Source: Octopus bimaculoides
Taxonomy: Eukaryota
Reading direction: 5' to 3'
DNA length: 33,339 nucleotides
Assembly (NCBI RefSeq): GCF_001194135.2
Contig: NC_068989.1
Coordinates: 31,204,996 to 31,238,334 of the forward strand
How positions within the stretch are numbered: the stretch's first letter is position 1; the number at the start of each line of letters is the position of its first letter. The notes below the pieces were generated by a model. It made no database searches. It saw only the letters and a program-made list of their open reading frames with translations, and was not told where the DNA came from. Both the position numbers and the translations under genes were made by a program. Below are positions 1 through 9,229 of this stretch, piece by piece.

Positions 1-941
1 TTAATATAAAAACATATTTCCTAAAATTGCAAATTATTTAAAATATAAAGATATAATTTTCAACAGAGAGAATTTATCAAAATAGAAAACAAATGAAGTT
101 TGAAGTTTAAAAATAATAGGATCGACCACTCACGACTAGCTAGCGCGGACGCGCGAACTTTCAAGTGATAGATAGAGAGAGAGACAGACAGACAGACATA
201 TAGCTCGCTCCGGCCAACCAGATAAGCCTTATGTTCTGAAATTTAAATTTTGAAACAAATTCAAAATTTAAATTTCAGAACATAAGGCTTATCTGGTGTA
301 TGGCCCAATTCAAATAGGTAGAAGACCTAAAACAAATGTGTGTGGTTGGGCCTTTAATAGCCACATTGGCATATTAATATTATTCATGTATGCATATACA
401 TGTACATGCATGTCATTATATGAATGGAAATACATATTTTTTCCTCCAGTGCTATTTCAATACACACACTAGAGACAACTCACAGGCACGATCCATCTAA
501 ATTTCCTCCAGCCAAGCATTTCAGAATCAAATAATTATTTTAAGTCATCTTCATCATGAACTAAATTCTCTCTTTAGAGACAATATATCAGATGACATTG
601 CGCTTTATCAAAGTAGAAATTAAAAACTTGTATGTTGATCTACTAAATGTTTCTTCTATTTCAACAAGAAATGTTTACCTTCTTGCATATACACCTATAT
701 TTCAATGAAGGAAAACATTACTTATTCCAGGCATAAAACGTGTCATGTAAATGGCATAACAGTTCCCGACTCAACAAGCTATGACCAACAACCTCAATTA
801 GAATCCGTATGTAGACCCTGAGAAGCATCATCTTTCAATATGTTAAATCATACATCTTATAAAATAAAGATTTTCTGCACTTGTAAATAAACTATATATA
901 TTAAATAATTTGCAATTTCAGGAAATATGTTTTTATATTAA
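1..941. repeat. 41-bp inverted repeat pair (1-41 and 901-941)
   Basis: 901-941 TTAAATAATTTGCAATTTCAGGAAATATGTTTTTATATTAA matches the reverse complement of 1-41 at 40/41 positions. Confidence 0.8.
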
Positions 942-1043
942 ATTTGTGTTTTCTACTCACGACTAGCTAGCGCGGACGCGCGAACTTTCGAGTAATAGAT
1001 AGATAGATAGATAGAGAGAGAGACAGACAGCTCGCTCCGGCCA
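128..1043 (+). repeat. Two direct copies (128-216 and 955-1043) of a ~90-bp GC-rich repeat with an internal GATA/GA/GACA microsatellite; probable non-autonomous DNA element remnant
   Basis: Both copies read ACTCACGACTAGCTAGCGCGGACGCGCGAACTTTC...(gata/ga/gaca)n...AGCTCGCTCCGGCCA. Family not identified. Confidence 0.75.
217..297. repeat. Perfect 38-bp inverted repeat with 5-nt spacer (hairpin/cruciform)
   Basis: 217-254 ACCAGATAAGCCTTATGTTCTGAAATTTAAATTTTGAA, spacer ACAAA, 260-297 exact reverse complement. Confidence 0.95.
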
Positions 1044-1151
1044 GTCATGGTATTAGCTGTCAGAAGCCAAAGAATCGACAGGCCAGCAGGCAGACAGACA
1101 GATACTTCACTAGCAGGCAGTGAGCACTTTCACTTGACAGCTAATAGTGCC

Positions 1152-1485
1152 ATATATATATATATATATATANNNNNNNNNNNNNNNNNNNNNNNNNNNN
1201 NNNNNNNNNNNNNNNNNNNNNNNNNNNNNNNNNNNNNNNNNNNNNNNNNNNNNNNNNNNNNNNNNNNNNNNNNNNNNNNNNNNNNNNNNNNNNNNNNNNN
1301 NNNNNNNNNNNNNNNNNNNNNNNNNNNNNNNNNNNNNNNNNNNNNNNNNNNNNNNNNNNNNNNNNNNNNNNNNNNNNNNNNNNNNNNNNNNNNNNNNNNN
1401 NNNNNNNNNNNNNNNNNNNNNNNNNNNNNTAATTTCCAGTACCGCTGCCGTAGTCTCCTTTAGAGAGACTTAGAAATATTAATAA

Positions 1486-1520
<35 letters not shown>
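1152..1520. repeat. (TA)n microsatellites on both sides of an assembly gap (N 1173-1429)
   Basis: TA runs at 1152-1172 and 1489-1520. Confidence 0.9.
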
Positions 1521-1527
<7 letters not shown>

Positions 1528-1619
1528 ATTGGGAATGAATTGTTTTGAGTTCAGAATTGCCATTATCTTCGTCACTTTCGATTTTGTCTTGTTAACTGAA
1601 AACACTTGTGTCGAAGTGG

Positions 1620-2575
1620 AAGAGGCAGGCAGATGTGTGTGCATGCGAACGTGTTTTGTTTTGTGTATTTACGTGTGTAGAGGAAGCTAAAAACAATGTT
1701 GCAATTTAAACTTGAGAAAAACCTTGCATATTTGTTCTTACCTGCTTTGTTTGTGTATGCAAAATCTGTAAATTTAAAATTGGGGAGGGGGTGAAATTTG
1801 AGCCCCTTATTAAGCTTTATAACAATTATTAAACATATTAATGCTTGTTTCTCATAAAATGGTGTAATTGTTATTTACAATTATTTAAGGCAAAGACAAG
1901 TAAAATGCAAATTCTTTTCACTTTAATATCTTTGACTACATTTAATTTCGATTTACATATGTTCATCTATTTGCTACAATCTCTTCAAAGTAAACAAAAT
2001 CAAAATTTTTAATTGGGAGGAAGGTGAAATTAAAATTTTTTCTTATTTTTCCACATTCGTAAATCTCCAACATCTAAAATATAGGAATCCGAAAAATTTT
2101 CGGATTCTTAAGTTTTATATGTCGGAGATTACGATTATGGAGACCCTCCCCCATGTTTTAGATGACAAATTCCGAATATGCAAGAAACCACATTTTCAAA
2201 ATTTCATGTCTTGTCCGTTTAGTAGTTATCTCCCCCTTAACTTCTTTTAACTTTTTGAATATACCTAAACTGAACAATTACCTTTTTTTTTTTTTCGAAA
2301 ATTTGAAACTAAAAAATTTTTCTTCAGAATCAATCTCCGTATTTTTCCACGTATTTCGCAGGAATAAAAAACAACAAAAAAAAACATTTTTTCCGCGAGC
2401 ATTTGTTCTGTTTGAAGAGGAAGCTAACGGGCATACGTGAGCGCGAGCGAGTTCCCGTTTTTTTTTTGTGTAATGTAGATATACCAAAAAACAACGTCGC
2501 ATTTTCAACTTGAGAAAAGCCTTGCACATTTGTTCTTACCTGCTTCATTTGCGTATGCAAAATCCGTTAAAATAC
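1620..2575 (+). repeat. Diverged direct repeat, ~150 bp (about 1620-1770 and 2415-2575)
   Basis: Shared core AACTTGAGAAAA(A/G)CCTTGCA(T/C)ATTTGTTCTTACCTGCTT...TATGCAAAATC at ~1709-1766 and ~2506-2564. Outer limits approximate. Confidence 0.7.
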
Positions 2576-2951
2576 AAGAAAACGAGATTAAGGTCGAAAA
2601 AGCCGTATTAGTTATGTTTTTTTTTTTTTTAAGATCCTAAATATTGCAACACGCTCACACACACGTACAAGACAACACGTGCTCACAGAAATTGACTGAA
2701 TCCGAAAGAATGCCAATAAACCTTTGAAAAAAAGTGGAAAACGAAGAAATTGCAGGGAGGGGGTTGAAATGCCAATTTATTTTTTACAGATTCGGAATCT
2801 CCGTGGCCGAAAACGTGGGTTTCTGTAGGGAAAAAAGAAGTGGATGGAGGTGTAGTAAAGGTCCGCCAAAAATTGGTTGCCTATAAATCCCTATATTTGC
2901 AACTTGATATTGGAACAGACGGAAGCGACGAAAAATTAATAAAATGCTTAC

Positions 2952-3080
2952 CTTGCCACAAAATTTGCAGGTATATTTGGCATGCTGAGATACTTCCATC
3001 TTCTTAACCGTCTTACGCAACGAGGCACCATACCGGGTACCATATTTACCGCAAATTCCGACCTTTTTTGTACGTTTAGC
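2952..3080 (-). CDS. RPL37A: 60S ribosomal protein L37a (eL43), exon 2
   Basis: 129 nt, phase 0 at both ends, translating [43 protein letters not shown], the conserved eL43 N-terminus with the first CxxC of the zinc finger. Acceptor TTTTGTTAG at 3081-3089 and donor GTAAGC from 2951 (minus strand). Confidence 0.97.
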
Positions 3081-3325
3081 CTAACAAAACGGAAGAACGC
3101 GAGAAATATATTGCCAGTAACTCAGAATGAACAATTTATCCCATACCATTATAGTTTCAGACGAAATGGTATAATCAATTGCAATCCTATTACCGCTACT
3201 TTAAATACTACAAAACAAAGATAATAGCAGTGTGGTTTTGGCTCACGAAATCTGAAAAGTTTGTTACTGTTAACACGAAATCAACTAATAAATTTAACAA
3301 TGAATGTCTTTGGAAATAGCTAAAA

Positions 3326-3397
3326 GATTTTCTAAAAGAAATAATATAAATACAAGGATTTTCTAAAAGAAATAATATAAATACAAGGATTTTCTAA
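3326..3397 (+). repeat. 31-bp tandem repeat, ~2.3 copies, in RPL37A intron 1
   Basis: GATTTTCTAAAAGAAATAATATAAATACAAG at 3326-3356 and 3357-3387, partial copy to 3397. Confidence 0.9.
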
Positions 3398-3631
3398 ATA
3401 TATGTAGATAATGTTGAAAAAAGACATTTTCACATGCAAAATATAATACATGGTTGAGCACACCTCATGCTGTGGTTACATAAATCAACTTCTAAATTAT
3501 AATTACATAAAAATAATAAAATTAACATATGCTAGCGAATTGATTGAGACATTTCATATATTTTTTCAATAATCAAATCTCTGAAATTACAAAGATTAGT
3601 CGAGATAAGCAAGACAAATACATATACAAAC

Positions 3632-3634
3632 CAT
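3632..3634 (-). CDS. RPL37A: RPL37A exon 1 coding part (initiator ATG only)
   Basis: Minus strand reads CTTCCTCTTCCGTTTCAGTAATCTCTAGAA-ATG|GTTTGT. ATG splices in frame to exon 2 (M-AKRTKK), giving a 551-nt intron 1 (3631-3081). An ATG-only first coding exon is the known RPL37A layout. Confidence 0.8.
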
Positions 3635-3648
3635 TTCTAGAGATTACT

Positions 3649-3664
3649 GAAACGGAAGAGGAAG
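3649..3664 (-). promoter_or_regulatory. Polypyrimidine initiator / 5' TOP (TCT-like) tract of RPL37A
   Basis: CTTCCTCTTCCGTTTC lies 14 nt upstream of the candidate ATG; ribosomal protein genes typically initiate within such tracts. Confidence 0.7.
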
Positions 3665-4779
3665 TCGTTAAAATTGGTACCTGGGATGCAAATTCTGACA
3701 CAGCAATTGTTACGTACAAATTTATACTTATTTTTAAATATAACGTCATTGAAGTGAATATAAAAACATAAAACCAACTTTAACTATAAAGAATACATTG
3801 TTAAAATTTTAGTATAATTATATTTATTACCGAGTTGACAACTAGATATTATCAAGTAGAGAGGGTAAAAGGTTTTTGCATTCTTATTTATACTACATTT
3901 CTTCTTAATATATAGCAAATATCTGTTTTCGCTTTTACCCCTTTAAAAATAACTCCTTTGAATTTATAAATATAACCACAAATATTTCTCTTAAACCATG
4001 TGGCGCATATCAACATATGTGTTCCCTGTTCACAAATTTCTTTCTCCCTAACTTTCAGAAAAATGGATATATTTGAATGAAATTTTTTACAAATACTTTT
4101 TTAAATGGTATGGCGGATGTAGTTAAACTGATTCACAAAATCAACCCCTTTTAATATTGCTCAGATTGCTTTCAATTTTGGTGTATCGATGCTACACTGA
4201 ATTTTGATTACAATCAGCCAATTACTTTATCTCGTAAATTAAACAATCTGATGTTATTTGGAATTAAAGTTAGGAAAATTTGGGTAATTTTAGCCAATCA
4301 ACAGACAGCGAAGCATTTACAACTTGTTACCGTGACAACCGCACGTTGTGTTCTGTTGATTCTTCACACCACAAGATTTACTTCACCCACGTGTTTTGTT
4401 TTAATAAAAAAATATATTTATCATTTAGAATTTAAATTTAAGTATTTTTCATCAATTGTCTTAATATTTTACATATTCTTCGCATATATTTCGTGAAGTT
4501 TTTCTGTGTTTACATTTGTTGCAACGAATGCCTTTCAGTTTAAACTGAGGTCAGGCCATAATGAGCCATTCTGTATTTTTATTGAAGATGTGGGACAACA
4601 TTATTTAATGTGTCCTTCATTTTAAAAATGTTAGAGCATAGTGTGAAGGTGATTTAGCTGTTATTTCTAGCAAATTGAGCAGCCACACAGATATTATCTC
4701 ATTGACTCATTTACTGAAGTGTATAAGTAAACAAAAACTAAAGGAAATGGATCTTTATCTGTTTCTATGATGATCATTC

Positions 4780-4930
4780 CAGTTGTATGATCAACTGAAC
4801 TGTTTACACATTCAATTGGTACTTAATTTATCAACCCTCAAAGGATGAAAGACAAAGTCAACCTAGAAGGAATTTGAACTCAGAATGTAAAGCATTTTGC
4901 CCAGTGTGCTAATGATACTGTCAGCTTGTA
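4780..4930 (-). mobile_element. SINE-like interspersed repeat fragment
   Basis: Reverse complement (CTGAGTTCAAATTCC...GTTGACTTTGTCTTTCATCC...TTGATAAATTAAGTACC) aligns with the plus-strand copy at ~6285-6350; degenerate B-box GAGTTCAAATTCC. Confidence 0.6.
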
Positions 4931-5339
4931 GTCTTATGATTATACATTATATTAACATAATATTGGCTGAGTATACCACAGCATAATCCATGCACCCACA
5001 ACATAATCCATAAGTAAAATCAGTACAACCCAGTGTGACATGGCTAGGCCTTTTCATTACAGGTCCGGGATCTAATTATAGTGTAATTTGGCTGAATATT
5101 CCATAGATATATGTCAGTGTGACACATGATGGACATAGCCAGAGTTTCAACTGAATCTTTCTCAACTATTAAGAAAAATACATCATTCGTTGAATAAATT
5201 GTGGAAAATCACAACAAAATTAAACTAAATATCAGATGAATAATTCTATTAACAAGGAGTTGTAGGTCACAGGTTTCTTCATTCCCCCTTATTGATTACA
5301 TATTTGGTGTGAGACTAGGTTGGCTCTTTAAATTAGCTG

Positions 5340-5830
5340 TACTTCATTTGGCAGGGTTCCACACAGTTTCTATTTAACCAATTTTACTCCCAATACTTTG
5401 GCCACCTGACAGATTAATTACTAAGTCACTCACAGACGTGCTCCATCCTCTGATGCCCAGCCATTCTGTGTCCCCTCTCTCTGCCATTTCTACTGCTACT
5501 ATATGGCTTCTGCTCCTTGCAGCTAGCTGAGCTTACCTCATGTCCTCTCAAACATTCCCATCCCATTTGCCTCTTCTCTTCTCATCCTCCCTCTAATGTA
5601 AACCACCACCCCACCCCACCTACAAGGCGTCACATTTATCACTATGCTCAGTCTTTCCTCCCCAAAATGGCTTCCCTCTGGAATCCCTCCCTGCTCATAT
5701 CTTTCCCAGAAGGTTCACAAGGAACGTCATTGGCATAAATCATTAGCCTCACTCATCTAGATGGTCCGTGAAGAGCATGGGCACTGTCCCTTCTTTCAGA
5801 CCCAACACGAGTAGAAGATAAAACAAAAAA
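5340..5830 (+). mobile_element. Degenerate 3' end of a CR1/Crack-type LINE reverse transcriptase ORF
   Basis: Frameshifted pieces (SLCHFYCYY...LAELT, HYAQSFLPKMASLWN) resemble the CR1-group C-terminal pattern SLSLFYRYY...ELA...SFFPRTASLWNSLP. Assignment from recalled motifs. Confidence 0.55.
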
Positions 5831-6254
5831 AAAGATCAAACCAAAACTAGGCTAAAAGATTCTAGCTTAAGGTGTAATGGAGTTGGACTGGACTCAACAC
5901 TAACATGTCAGGATTATGATTTGAACTTATTAATCATGTGGTGGACAAGTAATGTAATTGGTAGGTTTGGGTCCAGCTGAGGTAGAAATAATAAACCCTG
6001 TGGAGCTGAAGCTGGCAGAATGAATCAGAATAGTTATTTCCTAAATGATACGGAAGGAAAAAAGGGCACAATTGAGGAGTGGGATGTGAAAGACTGAAAT
6101 TTAGAGGAAATTTTTCAGTGTATGAAACAAAAAAGATTAAAGACAAAATGAAGGAAACCTGTCCACTTCAGTTTTCCTTTTCTGTTGGGTATGGAACTTT
6201 GAAGGACTGTTGTTACAAAATTTCTGCCCAGAATGGAGTGCCAGACTAAATGCT

Positions 6255-6350
6255 TTGTTCTATTCAGTTATGTTCCTCTGCCTTCTGAGTTCAAATCCCA
6301 CGAAAGTCAGTTTTACCTTTAATCCAGCAGGTATCAATAAAATAAATTAC
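6255..6350 (+). mobile_element. SINE-like repeat fragment, same family as 4780-4930
   Basis: TTCTGAGTTCAAATCCCACGAAAGTCAGTTTTACCTTTAATCC...ATCAATAAAATAAATTAC; B-box-like GAGTTCAAATCC. Confidence 0.55.
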
Positions 6351-6379
6351 ACTTGAATAGCTTGCCAATAACAACACAT

Positions 6380-7440
6380 TTCTCCATTCTTCTGTTAGAA
6401 AAGGGGATTATCACACACACTCTTATTCCCTTTGTTTTTGTACATGTGCATTATAGATGCGTCTTTGAACTGCAGGGGAACAGATCCAGTTTCTCAGATC
6501 AAACATCAGTTTGCACAGCTTACTTACAAGTTGTGTGCTACCATGCTTGTACACCTCTAAGGGAATATCGTTTTGTCCAAGAACTTTACCATTGGAAAGT
6601 TTTTTGATTGTAGTACTTATCTCTTCCAAGGAAGGATGATCCACTAGTTCTTCAGTTATAGATCACTGGAGATTTTGTTGATTACATCAGCATCAGTAGT
6701 GGATTCTTGATTTGATAATGATTTAAATTGTTCAGCCCATCTTTTCAGAATTTCATCTTTCCTACTTCAGAGATTTGTTCCATCATTAGGGAGAGTAGAT
6801 TCCATACTACCTTTTGGCCAAACACATTTTTCAGAATGTTATACAGTGTTCTCAAGTTGTGAGAGTTAGCAGCCTATTCCAATTCTTGGGCTTTTTTTTG
6901 TCCACCAAATTTTTCATCTTATGCAATTTTCTGCATAGTTTTTCTACAAGAGATGTATAAGAATCTGGATGTTGGCGAGTTTTTGTCTGAGATCTATGTC
7001 TTGCATCTCTTGTGCAAAGTTTCTAGGAGAGGTTTAATTTGAGAATTGCTCTTGTTGGTGTTTGTGTTTCACAAATCCTAGAACTACTTAAGCAGATTAT
7101 TTGATGCTGTCACGAATATTGTGCCACAACACTTCAGGCGTTCCTCAATTTCTGCAAGCTTTGAATTTAAATGTATTTCAAAATTTTTTGTCACATCTGG
7201 ATTTTATAAAGAAGCAACATATTTTCTTGGATGTAAATTGGATTTCAGTGGCCTCTTTCCATATGGTTCAACAAATATATCACTGTGAACCATTCTCTGA
7301 TCTATGTAACACTTGGGAGTTTTGTGAGTTCTGGTTAATCTGAAATCACTGCAATCCTTGTTCTTAGTAATAACATAGTCCAGCATGTACCAGTGACCAG
7401 ATCAGGGGTGCTTCCAGGTGCTTTTGCATTCATATGCCTA
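6380..7440 (-). mobile_element. Degenerate RTE-clade LINE fragment (end of APE endonuclease to start of RT)
   Basis: Minus strand gives STWKHP*SGHWYMLDYVIT (RTE endonuclease TWxHPRSxHW motif) and PSLEEISTTIKKLSNGKVLGQNDIPLEVYKHG (pre-RT domain 0). Multiple stops and frameshifts. Confidence 0.8.
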
Positions 7441-7489
7441 CCTAAACACTGTGTTTGGTGCAGTTCCAGTCCCATTCATCTAGAGGTCA

Positions 7490-8950
7490 TGTGCCCATAG
7501 AAGAAACCTCACTGGCCAGCAGAAATTAAATGCCACTCAAGGAGAAGATTGTTGGTTGGTACCAGTTTCTTGGGAAATCAATTAAAGGTAGATGGGAGAG
7601 AGTTGCGGAATTATCAAGAAAGGTAACACTACTGTGGAGAGATAAACTGAATTTTTCAATCATTTCCAAGCTTGAAAATGTTATTTAGTTGTATGACAAA
7701 TGCACCAAGAAAGGAAAATTGGAGCAATCAGAACTGTTCAGTATGACCAAAGTCCACAGTGAATGGCTCAACGCTGATGACAAAACACTTTACTCCATCC
7801 AACTCCAAAAGAAGGGCAAAGTGGGTTATTCAACAAGCAAAGCTGCGAGCAAGCACACTATCCATCCTTCCAAGAGAAAATGCTCTGATGCTGAAACCTC
7901 CCATTTATCAAACTCAATAGTGCTGGATACTGACAGTGATTCTGAAGAAGAAAAGATTGAAGAGTACAATTATGGTGAAGATGACAGAATTGATCAAAGC
8001 ACTTATTCTTCTACAGGAAGGCACAGCAAATCTGCAATTGGTATGAAATTTGTAACTGGCACAAACATCTCTAACAACAGAGCTGTGAAAATCTGCAAGC
8101 AATTGTCAGAGGAGGACATTGATATCCCAGCTCCTAGTCAGCAAGGCATTTACAATGCACTGTTCAAGAAAGCTAGTGAAATGAAGAAACACTTGATACG
8201 CTATACAATCAGAAATGGAGCCTGCATTTTGATGGTAAACATATTGATGGAAATGAACATCAAGCAGTTGTCATCAAGAATGAAACAAGTGAAATCAAAC
8301 CGGCTGCTCTGAAGCTGAGACGATTGCTGAAAGATTGAAAATGTCTTGGACGAATTTCACTTGTGGAGTGCAATCTCAATGATTATTGCTGATACGATGA
8401 GTGTGAATACAGGATGAAAGAGTGGGGTAGTGGTTAGACAGCAGAGAATGTTCTTGAGAAAAGGCTATGACAAGCCACAATTTGTGAACTGCTAACACCA
8501 TGTCTTGGACAGAATCCTGCACATTGTTATGGATGAGGAGCTAAGCAATTAAGGTCATGCAAGAACTACACACCACATACAAGAACGAAGTCAACCTGCC
8601 ATTGTGTTTCATTCTCTCTATTAGACTTGCTGCAACTTGACTATTGACTAATTTGACTTTATATGACTTACCTTCTTTTTATCTATCGTTCTGGAATGCA
8701 GAATACAGTTCTTTTAGTAGTTATGAATTAAACATTTTGGATCTTTTCCCCTTTTTGGTTTATTATTCTATCAGGATTCTAATTTTTGGAAATCCACCCA
8801 AATGCAACCAAGTATAAACATTTCAAAGTTAGTCATGGATTAATTTTTATGATCGAATACAAAAAAAACAAAAACATTGATTTCCATTGTCTTCTAGCAA
8901 AAACTCACCAGAATACAAAATGTTGTATCCCTAGTGCACACAGCACGGTG
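7490..8950 (+). mobile_element. Degenerate DDE-type DNA transposase of undetermined superfamily, C-terminally truncated
   Basis: ORF 7689-8312 continues after frameshifts as (F)DGKHIDGNEHQAVVIKNETSEIK...IIADTMSVNTG*KSGVVVR...NC*HHVLDRIL, i.e. a D...D(T)xSVNTG...C(2)H pattern. The right end is rich in terminal-type sequence and ends ...CAGCACGGTG at 8950. Confidence 0.65.
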
Positions 8951-9100
8951 AGATTCCGCGACCAGGTTTTTGTTCTGCTTGCTGTGGGCAGGTCTTCATG
9001 AGCATGGCAGAGCACCAACCCCCCTGATCTATTGTCATCTCTTCTGTAAGGCTCAGCATCTTGAGGTCAGCTTTCACAACCTCATCCCATACTACTTGAC
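8951..9100 (-). mobile_element. Short 3' fragment of an RTE LINE
   Basis: WDEVVKADLKMLSLTEEMT parallels WDEVVKHDLQILGLTEAMT in the RTE copy at 15390-15611. Confidence 0.75.
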
Positions 9101-9229
9101 AAAGATCTCTTATAGTATTTACTAAGACATTTGAAGATGATACAATACTATTATTTAATGCATCGTCTTTATGAAGCAAACAATTAGTATTGCATCATCT
9201 TTGGAAAAAACACAATTGAAAAGACACAA

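Noticed and set aside
135-160. Helitron 3' end (GCGCG-TC-CGCGC hairpin then CTAG on the minus strand)
   Set aside because: Homology between the two copies extends ~8 nt past CTAG, so it is not the element boundary; no Rep/helicase sequence is seen.
521-558. C box (ATGATGA) and CTGA on the minus strand as an intronic C/D snoRNA
   Set aside because: Boxes are only ~30 nt apart, with no second D box at a suitable distance and no terminal stem.
420-830. Possible degenerate coding sequence on the minus strand (Kolobok-associated?), near an end reading GGGCCTTTAA
   Set aside because: Only short open stretches with no convincing motif; cannot be supported without a search.
1430-1475. Minus-strand TTAAV after a possible acceptor, as RPL37A last exon
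   Set aside because: Similarity ends after five residues and the phase does not fit.
1047-1644. Long ORFs spanning N runs (also 14672-15607, 16268-17269, 30792-31463)
   Set aside because: Their length comes from N codons.
3141-3170. Alternative RPL37A exon 1 (ATG|GTATGG at 3149-3141, 66-nt intron)
   Set aside because: No good pyrimidine initiator upstream; 3632-3664 has both TOP tract and ATG|GT. Cannot be excluded without RNA data.
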